A stretch of DNA of 64,000 nucleotides from Squalus acanthias (Eukaryota): contig CM059433.1 in NCBI GenBank assembly GCA_030390025.1, positions 10,356,001-10,420,000 on the forward strand. Direction: 5' to 3'. Positions 36,700 to 48,612 of this stretch are shown in pieces (position 1 is the first letter of the stretch; every line of letters starts with the position of its first letter). The notes beneath the pieces were generated by a model. It saw nothing but the letters and a program-made list of their open reading frames with translations. It was not told the origin of the DNA and ran no database searches. The position numbers and the translations under genes are program-made.

Positions 36700-38569
36700 G
36701 GGGATAAAGATCATACTGCAGAATTTGATCCAGGACTGCCGGGTAAATGCATACGCTGGAAATACACGCTCAACAGTCGCCTCAAACTTTGTCAAGCCCC
36801 AACTGCTGAAGGACGCGTGACGTTCCAGCTTCCTGTGCCTCCCAACACTGGAGGAACATCCTGGCCTTTTGACAGCGAAGGCTTCACCTCAAACAGATCC
36901 TGCAAATACCTCTGCTGCTTCGAGGTACATCCCAGCTACAAATCACACAGACAGTCCCATTGTTTTCCAGTAGCTGCAACTTATTTTCCACTGCAACTGT
37001 GAGAGCATACACCACTAGCCTGGATTTGAAACCAGAACGTTTTAACCTGTTATGTGTATAAACCCATAACTTAACACGCTTATTTGTACCAAACCTTTCT
37101 TGGAACAATGCCTGCTGCCTTCTCATCAGCTCCTCCACTGCATTACAGTTAGTCATAGTGAATATGCTTGAACGATTTAATTTGATCAGTTCAAACCAGC
37201 TGCACGCAAGTAATGGGGGGGGTTTATCTCCCTTAATAACAACTAAGGCTAGGTTGCCTGATTATCTCGCATACCGCACCAGTACTCATGCATGTCCAAC
37301 AATGGCTGTTTCTCACCCAAATAGTTTTTTGAAATGAGACTGATTCCTGTATGTGCAATTATTTTTGTTGAATAATTTACTTTGTTGTTTGTGTGTCTAT
37401 TTCCATATGCCCTGCTGTTTTCACTTAGTATCTCAATTCCCCAATACTGGTTATGCATCCACACTAGCACTTGCGCGCATAACCTAGACTGCCAGTGTTG
37501 AGGGAGCGCTGAACTGTCAAAGGTGCTGTTCGACGGATGAGCTGTTAAATCATCCGGTGCTTGTTCCGATGGTTCAAGTTGATGTTCGAGATCCCGTGGC
37601 ACCATTCGAAAAAGAGCTGGGAGTTCTCCTTCCTCAAACAATGGCAGCAAAAACAACAACAAAAAACAGCCATTCATCTATCTCATTGCCGTTTGTGGTG
37701 GGGGGGGCGCATTACTGGTGCAGAATGGCTGCCACATTTGTCTATAGAACAAAAGTCACTATACTCCGAAAGCAATTCATTGCGTGAAGTACGTGCAGAA
37801 GTTTCAGCATGATAAAGAACTAAACAATTGCCAGTATTATTTTACTTATTGCAAACTTAACTGTGGTCCCAGATGCCGTGGGGTAAGTGCACAGCGTGAC
37901 ATGGTACTGTATTGAGACATGCATACCAGGGAAGTCCTGGATTCAATTGCTGCTCTGTGCTGAGCTAACGGATCCCAGCTGAGGAAACAGCGGGGATGGA
38001 GGACGGGGGGTGGGTGGGTGTACGATTGCCTGCAGAGTCCCAAAGATATGGAGGAGGGATAGGAAGAGAGGCTGCCATTCACAAGAAGATAGGGAAAGAA
38101 AATCTGGCCAGCGATGTCGCCTTCCCTACTGAAGGTGGTTACTCCTTGCTGAGGTACAATTCTACAGGTGCCCTTTGATACCTCACCAAAGTAGCCATGA
38201 TTGATGTGTGTGCCTAGACAACAAATGTCAGCAGGCTAGTCATCTGCTTGGGACTTCACAGCCAAGCCTAATCCTATCCTTGCCTGAAGTACCTTGGGCT
38301 GTTTTACTACATTAAAGGTGCTATATAAATGCCAGTTGTTGTTGTTGTTGCCCACACACACACACTTCCAGTCATTGGATAGATATTCTGAAGCTTGTCC
38401 AATTTTCCCCTCTCTGACCCTGAGGTACTGAGGCCAACTGTAGTGCCCTTGCCACTACTGCAGCTGTGATCTGCCAACTCGGTAAAGACTGGGGATCCAA
38501 ACTGGGACATTCCTGCTCCGCATGCCTCAACTACTCTCCGGATAATCTCACCCAGCCATCGGGGAAGTG

Positions 38570-40170
38570 AATTTAATTGTATCTTGAACGGAAACTTGGC
38601 TGAGGGGGTGATGACACCTTACCCTTAAATGAAGCCTCCCCGCCTGGCTATGCCTTCCACCACTTGCCCCGCTCAGACCGCTGTGGTGGCGGTGTGGCCC
38701 TCATCACCAAATCACACCTAGGTCGGTCCCCCTACTCCTCCGGCACTTTCTCCTCCTTTGAGCATCTCACCTTGTTCCACCCCTCTCACCGAGAATCATA
38801 GAATCATGGCATGGTTACAGCACAGAAGGAGGCTATTCGGCCCGTCCAGCCCGTGCTGGCTCTCTGCAACAGCACTTCAGCTAGTCTCACTCCCCCGCCC
38901 TTCAGATACTTATCCACCCGCCTCCCAAATCCGTGCCCATCTTTCCCGGAGCTCCATGTTTGAATCCCTCCAATCCGGTTTCCGCCCTTGCCACAGTACC
39001 GAAACGGCTCTCATCAAAGTCACAAATAACATCCTTTGTGACTGTGACAAAGGTAAACTATCCCTCCTTGTCCTTCTTGACTTGTCTGCAGCCTTTGACA
39101 TGGTTGACCACTCCATCCTTCTCCAACTCCTTTCCACCGTCGTCCAGCTGGGTGGGACTGCCCCTTGGCGACATCATCCGAAAACATGGAGTCAGTTTCC
39201 ACATGTATGCTGACGACACCCAGCTCTATCTCACCACCACTTCTCTCAAATCCTCCACGGTCTCTAAATTGTCAGACTGCTTGTCCGACATCCAGTTCTG
39301 GATGAGCAGAAAATTTCTCCAATTAAATATTGGGAAGACTGAAGCCATTGTTTTCGGTCCCCGCCACAAACCCCGTTCCCTAGCCACTGACACCATCCCT
39401 CTCCCTAACATCTGTCTGAGGCTGAACCACACTGTTCGCAACCTTGGTGTCATATTTGACCCTTAAATGAGCTTCCGATCACATATCCACGGCATAACTA
39501 AGACCGCCTATTTCCACCTCCGTAATATCTCCGGCTCCACACCTGCCTCAGCTCATCTGCTGCTGAAACCCTCATCCATGCCTTTGTTACCTCTAGACTT
39601 GACTATTCCAACGCACTCCTGGCTGGCCTCCCACATTCTACCCAACGTAAACTTGAGGTAATCCAAAACTCGGCTGCCCGTGTCCTAACTCGCCCCAAGT
39701 CCCGTTCACCCATCACCCCTGTGCTCGCTGACCTACATTGGCTCCCGGTTAAGCAACGCCTCGATTTCAAAATCCTCATCCTTGTTTTCAAATCCCTCCA
39801 TGGCCTCGCCCCTTCCTATCTCTGTAATTTCCTTCAGTCCCACAACCCCCTGAGATATCTGCGCTCCTCAAATTCTGCCCTCTTGAGCATCCCTGATTAT
39901 AATCGCTCAACCATTGGTGGCCGTGCCTTCTGTTGCCTCGGGCCCTAAGCTCTGGAATTCCCTCCCTAAACCTCTCTGCCTCGCTACCTCTTTTTCCTCC
40001 TTTAGGACGCTCCTTAAAACCTACCTCTTTGGCCAAGTTTTCAGTCACCTGCCCCAATTTACCGTTATGTGGCTCAGTGTCAAATATTTGTCTTATAATA
40101 CTCCTGTGAAGCGCCTTGGGATGTTTTACTATGTTAAAGGTGCTATATAAATACAACTTGTTGTTGTTGA
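38570..40170 (+). mobile_element. L2 LINE with internal deletions and a CR1 tail insert (about 38793-38905)
   Basis: [20 protein letters not shown]...[17 protein letters not shown] joined to [23 protein letters not shown]; (TTG)n tail. Confidence 0.9.
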
Positions 40171-40882
40171 ATAACCGCAGTGATTTTTTTTCTCTATTGC
40201 CTTGGTTGATAGATCATTCCAAACATTTCTCTCTCTTTGGCTAAAGAAGATTTTTTTTCCTGATGCCTGTGCTAAATTTACTTTCACATAAACTTTAGTG
40301 AGAGGCATTACAGCTTAGTCTGACCTGTCCCTCCTCCCGCCCCTGCCCCTATACACACTTCCAACAGTAGTCGCTCATTGCCGATTAGTCCAGTAACAGG
40401 AAGGCCATTCCTGCTACTAATCACAGCCAGTGATTCCTGCTGGAAATCAGTACCCGTGTACAGGTCAGCAATGCTGCCCATGGAGGAATAGCTCATCAGC
40501 ATTCACTGTCTCAGTGTAAATGAAGAGCATCCACCGGGAAAGATACTTGAAGACTGCCTTATTATTACTCCAACACAAGTCACCACCTCCAGGAAAGGAT
40601 CATTGAGGAAATGTGGGTGATAAAGAACCCAAAGCTTGTTATTTTCAGCCATACCTTGTTCAACAACAATGTGCATTTATACAGTACCTTCAACGTAAAT
40701 AGCCCAAAGTGCTTTGGAGAGGCAGAACAGATGCTGAGCAGTACTCAGAGGAGGTATGGTCAAAGAAATGGACTTTAAGGAGACTTGTGACATGGGAGGG
40801 AAGCAGCTAAGTGATGGGCTTAGGGAGTAAGCTCTCCAGCTCCTTACTCATCCTAAACACACTTCTGCTTCACAATAAGTTG

Positions 40883-41327
40883 AAAGAAAGTAAGACTTAC
40901 ATTTATATGGTGCCTTTCATGACCACCTGACATCTCAAAGCACTTTACGGCCAATGAAGTAGAGTCACTGTTGTAATGTGGGAAACACAGCAGCCACCCA
41001 CAAACAGCAATGCAATAATGACCAGATAATCTGTTTTTGTTATGCTGGTTGAGGGATAAATATTGGCCCCAGGACACTGGGGATAACTCCCCTGTTTTTC
41101 TTTGAAATAGTGGCCATGGGCTCTTTTACGTCCACCTGAGAGAGCAGAGGGGGCCTCGGTTTAACGTCTCATCCGAACGACGGCACCTCCGACAGTGCGG
41201 CACTCCCTCAGCACTGCACTGGAGTGTCAGCCTAACTTTATGTTCTCACATCCCTGGAGTGGGACTATGAACCCACAACCTTCTGACTCAGAGGCGAGTG
41301 TGTTACCCACTGAGCCACAGCTGACAC
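40883..41327 (-). mobile_element. Full-length Deu-domain SINE
   Basis: Homologous to 28751-29237. Confidence 0.9.
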
Positions 41328-41669
41328 TACAAACACTGTCCAAAGATCTTCCCTTAGATTGCACCTGTGGAAGTTCAATTCCTCTGCTATGACCAGTGGC
41401 TTTGGGGTGTTGTATGAGAACAGATCTTCTGTATGTTAAACATTATATGAAGATTCTTCAGCAATCTACATGTTTGAATAAGAAAAAAAACGTTTTTTTT
41501 AAATCCTGCTTCACATTGTTTGCCTCATAAAATTGTTCCAGCCTTTCCACATAATCTCTTTCACTCTTAACTCTTTTTCACCACCACGACCATTGTTCTG
41601 ATGCCTCCTCTGTCGAGCACACCCTACATCAGCAAACTCTATCACCTTTACGTGCCTGCATGTACTCAC

Positions 41670-41780
41670 TGCTCCTCTGACACTGGTTTACTCCTTGTCC
41701 CCCCACTCCCTCCACTCTACCAATAGTCACCGCTTGTTTAGGCACTACACTCCTGTTCCCAGTTCTCTCTTTCAAATTCA
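41670..41780 (-). CDS. Candidate 111-bp phase 1-1 exon
   Basis: Acceptor cttctgctttacag, donor A|GTGAGT; open frame NLKERTGNRSVVPKQAVTIGRVEGVGGQGVNQCQRS; phase-compatible with 49867-50003. Confidence 0.3.
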
Positions 41781-42189
41781 CTGTAAAGCAGAAGGCACAG
41801 TACTTGAATCATTACACTATTGGGGCACATTCACCGATCCCATGGTCCCAATTGGGCAGCCACGCTCAAAAGGGAGTTCAGGTCAGAGAATCAGTACTAT
41901 TGGTTTCATTTTGTATCGATTGTTATGTAGAGGAAGTTCCCCCAACTCTTTCCCTGTGACCTGGCAATGTTTGTATGATTGATAGCCGCAGGCTAAGCAC
42001 AACAACGAGCTGAAGAATGCAAACCACATGTTTTGAAGCTCTGCAGCCTTTTCTACTTTGTTACTAACAGAATTTAACAACAAACACCACATGGTGTCAG
42101 AATGGAAATAATTCACTATAAATCTACCAGTATATTTTAAAAGGTGATATAGAAAAAAGAAAGAAACCATTTGAAGTCAAGAAAGCATC

Positions 42190-42585
42190 TTTCTTTTTAA
42201 TTCATTCATGGGATGTGGGCGTCACTGGCAAGGCCAGCATTTATTGCCCATCCCTAATTGCCCTTGAGAAGGTAGCAGTGAGCTGCCTTCTTGACAACCA
42301 AGTGGCTTGTGAGGCAGTTAAGAGTCAACCACATTGCTATGGGTCTGGAGTCACATATAGGCCAGACCGGGTAAGGACAGTAGATTTCCTTCCCTAAAGG
42401 GCACTAGTGAACCAGATGGGTTTTTACAACAATCATTGTTACCCTTACAGATACTAGCTTTTAGCTCCCGATTTATTTAATTAACTGAATTTAAATTCCC
42501 CAGCCGCTAGTGGTGGGATTTGAACTCACGTCTCTGGATCATTAGTCCAGGCCTCAACATAATCACTACGCTACTGTACCCGTTA
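42190..42585 (-). mobile_element. tRNA-derived SINE sharing its 3' tail with the LINE at 24275-24692
   Basis: Head tagcgtagtg...gagttcaaatccc; tail ccttctcaagggcaattagggatgggcaataaatgctggccttgccag. Confidence 0.8.
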
Positions 42586-42749
42586 CTCTACAGCAACATG
42601 CAACTCTAGACCCTGTATGATGTTTCCTTCATTATATCCTGCTCTGGGTCACTGTATCAGCGGAAAAGTCATTTTAAAACAGAAAATGAAAATATTAATT
42701 ACAAGGAATTCAGCTGATGTTCAGTTTTGCGAGCCTATTATTTAACATG

Positions 42750-45000
42750 TACCATTCTCAGCCAAAATTAGAAATGGCAGGTAACCTAGGCATCAATTGG
42801 AAAAGTTTTTAAATATTGTGAGAAAAATTGCAAGATTGCATCAAATCTCATTAAAAAGTTAAAAGATGTCAGAACTGCTTTATTAATTAACTGTTTGAAC
42901 AAAGGAACACTGAAAATACTTGATGGTCTTCAGTTTAAGATAGATGAAGGCAAGACAAATATAAAGGTTGGTCTTAGCAAGATGGAACAGTTTTGTTTTC
43001 AAAAAGCTAATGAAACCGAAAAGAAATTTTGCAAGGCTGCTGAAATACTCTGGGAAATGTCAGGCCAGAAAGAATGAAGCCTGTCATGTTTGAGGTCAGA
43101 AGTGTAATGCATGTAGAGAACTCAACCATTTCTCAACTAAGTGTCCAAAGTCCACAAATTGGAATAAAGGCAAATAGCAGCAACATATTGCAGATGAAGC
43201 TAATTGTGACTCGGATGAAGATCACATTCTCTCATTTGAAGTTGTTGGATCTGTAGAAGACCAATTTGCTAACAAATTGTAGGCAATATGCTCATGAACA
43301 ACGAACAAGTCAGATTTCAGATAGATTATTGTGCTACTGTCAATGTTCTACCTGAGAATGAATATCTGAGACTGTTTGAAGATTCAAGTGGCAGAGAACA
43401 TTAAGCTTCCAGCACTCCACTGCTCATGTTCAACAAAACAAAATTGAAGCCATGGGGGCAAAAAAAAAGTCAGTGTTAAGAATCCCAAGAAGTAGAGCAT
43501 AGACTTCCAAATAGTTCCAATTGGATGTCGACCTGTTCTAGGTGCTAGGGTCATTCAACATATGCAACTGGGACAGTGAATGACAAGAAGATTATAATGA
43601 TGGAGGGTTCATTAAAGGTCAGAAAATGCGATGTAGTGGACAAGTACCAGGATATTTTCCAAAGTACAGTGGAAGCAAGAAGGCGCACTGCACCTTCAAA
43701 TTGATCCCAAGTTGCCAGCCAGAAAGCTGTAAAAGGACTTTTCAAGAAACACATTAATGAGCTTGTTGATATGAAGGTTCTTGCACTGATCAGCATCTCC
43801 ACTGATTGGTTCCCTTCAGTGGTGGTTATAATAAAAAGGAAAGGATAAGTATACCTGCGATCGATATAAAACAACTTAACAAAGCACTCAAATATAATCA
43901 CTGCCCACTTAGCACCACAGATGATGTTCTGTCTGAACTAGTGAAAGTGGAACAATTTGTGTTTGTGGCTGCAAAGAATGTGTATTAAATGAAGCATCAA
44001 GTCTCTTGACTACTTTTCCAACACCAATTGGCAAGATACATGTGGCTGTGCATGCCTTTTGGAATCTCTCCAGTTCCTGAGCAACTTCAGAGAAGACATC
44101 ATTGGTTACTTGAAAATCTAGAAGGAGTCACTGTCACAGCAGGTGACATTTTATTCTGCGTTGCAAATGAATAGGTCCATGGTCAGAAACTGGAATCATT
44201 GCTGAAGTGTTGCCAACGAAAAGGTATCAAACTGAGGAAGGATAAAATAAAATTCAAGGAATGAGAAGGGAAATGTTTGGGCCACAGGCTCCCTGTAGAT
44301 GGACTAAAAGCAGATCCTTGCTAAAGTCGAAGCAGTACTGAATTGATAATCAAGGTGTCCAGAGAATTCTTGGAATGACTAACTAGCTGCATCAGTTTGT
44401 TGCAAGATTATTAGAGGTATTCGTTCCTCTTCATGACCTACTGAAGAAATAAATGTAATATATATGGGACTGCGAGCATCAGAAGTCTTTAGATGAGGTC
44501 AAAAAGATCATCCACCCGTACTGAAATACTTTGATGCCAACCGGAGGAACTTTTACAGTGCAACACATCTGAATGAGCACTTGGGACATGTCTCATGCAA
44601 GAAGGTCAACCTGTAACTTATGCCTCAAGATCTCTAACCGAAGCAGACATAAGCGATGCTCCGATCAAAAAAGTATGGTTTGGATATTTTAACGGTACGC
44701 CTTTGGAAAGAAAATCACCATCAAAAGCGATCGCAAAACCGCTTGAAGCTGTTTTGGAATAAAATCTCTAAGTAGTGCACCCCAAAAGGCTCCAGAGAAT
44801 GATGTGATGTCAATCAACAAGTTCAGAAGCAGAAAAAGAGATCAAACCTTTGATCCGAGCTGAGGATGGAATGACTAAGACTACTGCGATAGATGATCTG
44901 GAATTGTTAAGAATGAGAATTAGCCAAGGATGACCCAGCATAAGAGACGTGCTACCACGGATTGCTGTGTATTTCAACATCAGAGAGGAACTCAGTAAAT
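42750..45000 (+). pseudogene. Decayed Ty3/Gypsy gag-pol remnant
   Basis: IDIKQLNKAL (about 43860), WLCMPFGISPVPEQLQR (about 44043, RT), CLMQEGQPVTYASRSLTEA (about 44589, RNase H); many stops and frameshifts. Confidence 0.85.
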
Positions 45001-45063
45001 AGGCTGGAAATCTGAAATAAAAATACTCGGCAGGCCAGGCAGCATCTGTGGAGAGAGAAGCAG

Positions 45064-45101
45064 AGTTAACGTTTCAGGTCAGGTGACCTTTCATCAGAAC
45101 T
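45064..45101 (-). ncRNA. Minimal hammerhead ribozyme motif (second family)
   Basis: AGTT CTGATGA a AGGTC acct GACCT GAAAC GTT AACT: stem I AGTT/AACT, intact core, palindromic ACGT stem III. Confidence 0.75.
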
Positions 45102-45906
45102 GGAAGATAAAAACAGCTTTTACTTCATCGACAATGTTAAATTCCACTGGCACAGTGGGAATAAGGGAATGTGATAACTTTGTGGTACAATGATACACAC
45201 TGTCCTTCCACCTCTGAGAGCTGGATTTGAATCCACCCCAACTGACAGGGCAAAAGTCTTCTCCCTTAAATAGAGTTTTATTGGCCCTGAATTTTCGATC
45301 GGAGGCTTCCTGCGGGCGGATGCCTCCGATTGGACAAAATCTATGAACTTACCTGCTGGTTCCATAGATCCCGAGGCTTGCGATCTTGGACACCTCCTCT
45401 TCGAAATGCGCAGAGGCCCAGGATTCCCAGGGGCACATGTGGTTCGCCAGCGCCCCTGGGATCACGTGGGCCAGGTGAACCAATGGAAGAAGGGAATCCC
45501 CCTTCATACTTTTGACAGGTCTGAACACACAGAACTGTCAAAAGTATGAATGGGGATCACATTTAAAAACACACTAAAACATTAAATACATTGTTTTTTA
45601 AATTACTTATTTAAAATTAATTAAAATGCCATTTAGTTAAATATTTTAAACAAAAATTTAATTTTTTGAAAAAAATAATTAAATGTTTTTACGGGGCTAA
45701 AAAATAATTACTTTTTTAACAGTATTTTTAATTTATAAATTAGTGATCAAATTTTATTTTTCTATTTTTTAAAACTCTTATGCTGATAAAAGCAGGCGTA
45801 AGATTTTTAAAGGTTTTCCGTGGGCGAAAGTTGTGCAAAAAGCGGAACTCTCCCCCCGCGGAGGCCCTTTTCCCTGGGCAGGCGGACAATCTGTCAAGAA
45901 AATTCT

Positions 45907-46131
45907 TGAGAAGTCGCACAACACCAGGTTATAGTCCAACAGTTTTATTTGAAATCACAAGCTTTCGGAGCTTACGTGGCCCCTTCCTCAGGTGAAGTGA
46001 CTTCACCTGAGGAAGGGGCCACGTAAGCTCCAAAAGCTTGTGATTTCAAATAAAACTGTTGGACTATAACCTGGTGTTGTGCGACTTCTCATTTTTGTCC
46101 ACCCCAGTCCAACACCGGCATCTCCGCATCA
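45907..46131 (+). mobile_element. Penelope-like hairpin mini-element, 16-bp duplication at the ends
   Basis: 92-bp arms (45907-45998 / 46000-46091) with one mismatch, plus a 40-nt tail; TCAAGAAAATTCTTGA at 45894-45909 and 46129-46144. Confidence 0.9.
45955..45995 (-). ncRNA. Minimal hammerhead ribozyme motif
   Basis: TCAC CTGAGGA a GGGGC cacgtaa GCTCC GAAAG CTT GTGA; mirror copy at 46003-46043 has GAAA changed to AAAA. Confidence 0.75.
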
Positions 46132-46734
46132 AGAAAATTCTTGACAGACCGCAAGCGCTTCGCATGCCTGAAACTGGCACTTGCGCGGCCCCTACGGGTG
46201 CGTACGCACCTCGTACGCACCCGTGGGGGTCAGAAAATCCGGCCCAATGTGCTTTAACAGTGTGGCACCAGTTTGGGGATGGCAGCATGCTCATCAACTT
46301 GGCAAATGGTTACATACGGAGCTACCTAACCAATCCACAGTGAACTAACCACGGCCACAACAGATTACAACAGAGTGAAAGACAGTGACCAGGAACCGAT
46401 AGAGTGCCCCACATATCAGCGCGCTATTTTATACCACAGTGGCATCTCTCAATGAGAATACTAATTTATTGACAGTTTGTTGCCAATGAAACAGCTTAAA
46501 AGGGCAAAAGCGCTTTTTTTTTGCCGTCAGCAGTAATTAGAAAATAAACTGCCTGACTTGCCTTGTTCCCATGGCAATGGGGACCCTATTTTCCATGGAG
46601 CTTTGGTTGGCTCCACATTTGCCTGGCACTTGATGGCGAATGGTGACGGGTGGAAACGTGAATGGTGAGAAAAGTACCAGGAGACTGGTGAACATGCTGC
46701 TGGTCCCAAACCGGTGCCACGCTGTTAAACCACC

Positions 46735-47082
46735 CTTTTTTAAAATTCGTTCATAGGATGTGGGTGTCGCTGGCAAGGCCAGCATTTATTGCCCATCCCT
46801 AATTGCCCTCAAGAAGATGGTGGTGAGCCGCCTTCTTGAACCGCTGCAGTCCGTGTGGTGAAGGTGCTCCCACAGTGCTGTTAGAGAGGGAGTTCAAGGA
46901 TTTTGACCCAGCGACGATGAAGGATCGGCCGATATACTTCTAAGTCAGGATGGTGTGTGACTTGGAGGGGAACTTGGAGGTGGTGGTGTTCCCATGCGCC
47001 TGCTGCCCTTGTCCTTCTCGGTGGAAGAGGTCGCGGGTTTGGGAGGTGCTGCCGAAGAAGCCTTGGCGAGTTGCTGCAGTGC
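46735..47082 (-). mobile_element. CR1/L2-group LINE 3' end
   Basis: HCSNSPRLLRQHLPNPRPLPPRRTRAAGAWEHHHLQVPLQV; same family as 24275-24692. Confidence 0.85.
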
Positions 47083-47904
47083 GTCAACTTAAAAATGCCT
47101 TTAGGGGTGAAGACTTTTACCCTGGTCTCAGAGGGGCAAGGGCAGCGCGCACTGTACCACACAGTCATCACATTCCCTTATCCACATTGTGCCAGTGGAA
47201 TTTAACATTCTCTATGAAGTAAAAGCAGTCTTTATCTTCCAGTTCTGATGAAGGGTCATCGCCCTGAAACCCTGTTTCCCTCTCCGCAGATGCTGCCTGA
47301 CCTGCTGAACGTTTACCAGCATTTGCTGTTTCTAGTTCAGATTTCCGCGGTATTTTATTTTTGTTCTACTGTTTTTATATTGTTCTTTTAATTTGGATTC
47401 CGGAAACTGTAAGCCATCTCCCAGCGTTTCTGCTGGTAACTCCGTAGCTACATAAAATGGATTTAACAGCATAAATGCCAGGAGCCGCCTCCCAGCTTCA
47501 AAACTAAAAGCAGCCACTGGGTTAATAGGAGGTTAGCAGGGAATCTTAAAACTATTTCAGATTTCTTTTCAACTGCAGAAGCCAATTGCGAGTAAGTTCA
47601 GTTCTGGGTATCAGTTTGCAGATAATTAAGGTGCATTACAATAACTAGTACTCATCATATATACATCCAAACAACTAACAATTAACACCTCGACTTAATT
47701 GATATGTATGGAAATACGCTCTGGAGGGACAGAAAGGGCTGTGAATGACATTTCTCTCCATCACATTGGGAGCACAGCTGAATTGTAAACTGTTCTTTTC
47801 ACTGACAAAAACTAGTACTATTGGGGATTATCCTTTGTTGGTATGACATTGTGAATGGAGGATTCCGCTATTTAATTGCATGGCAGAGTGTAGTATACCG
47901 AGTA

Positions 47905-48225
47905 ATAGAATCACGCAGCACGGAGGGAGGCCATTCGGCCCATCGTGCCTGTGCCGGCTCTTTAAAAGAGCTCTCCAATTAGTTCCACTCCCCCCTGCTC
48001 TTTTCCCGTAGCCCGGCATATTTTTCGTTTTCAAGTATATACCAAATTTCTGTCTGGAAGTTAATAGTGAATCTGCTTCCACCAGCCTTTCAGGCAGTGA
48101 ATTCCACATCATAACAACTCGAGGCGTAAAAATGTGTCTCCTCATCACCCCTCTGGTTCTTCTGCCAATTATCTTAAATCTGTGTCCTTTAGTTACCGAC
48201 CCACTCGCCAGTGGAAATTGTTTCG
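47905..48225 (-). mobile_element. Old CR1 3' fragment
   Basis: MRRHIFTPRVVMMWNSLPERLVEA. Confidence 0.75.
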
Positions 48226-48232
48226 ACCTACG

Positions 48233-48612
48233 GTGTCAGCCGTGGCTCAGTGGGTAGCACTCTTTGCCTCTGAGTCAGCAGGTTGTGGGTTTAAGTCCCC
48301 ACTCCAGAGACTTAAGCACCCAATCTAGGCTGACACTCCAGTGCAGTACTGAGGGGGTGCCGCACTGTCGGAGGTGCCGTCTTTCGGATGAGATGTTAAA
48401 CCAAGCCCCCGTTTGCCCTCTCAGACTGACATAACGGATCCCATGGCACTATTTTGAAGAAGAGCAGGGGAGTTATCCCTGGTGTCCTGGCTGATATTTA
48501 TCCCTCAATCAACATCACTAAAAAAAAAACCCAGATTATCTAGTCATTATCACATCGCTGTTTGTGGGAGCTTTCTGTGCTCAAATTGGCTGCCACGTTT
48601 CCTACATTACAA
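48233..48612 (+). mobile_element. Deu-domain SINE, 3'-truncated
   Basis: A box and B-box-like head plus body as in 18382. Confidence 0.85.

Larger units (their letters stand above)
45283..46245. mobile_element. MITE family B copy 3, containing a hairpin mini-element
   Basis: Collinear with 13476-14183; interrupted at 45907-46131. Confidence 0.9.
45003..47363. mobile_element. Large fold-back Penelope-like element with nested insertions
   Basis: Left arm 45003-45282 plus 46248-46296 mirrors right arm 46686-46733 plus 47083-47347; pLTR/hammerhead sequence at both outer ends. Confidence 0.75.

Noticed and set aside
36565..37002. 145-aa plus-strand ORF or exon
   Set aside because: The start and apparent acceptor lie inside the solo LTR; the remainder has no recognisable motif.
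46253..46729. Independent TTAA-flanked piggyBac-like MITE
   Set aside because: The inverted repeat continues outward past the nested insertions, so it is the inner part of the 45003-47363 fold-back.
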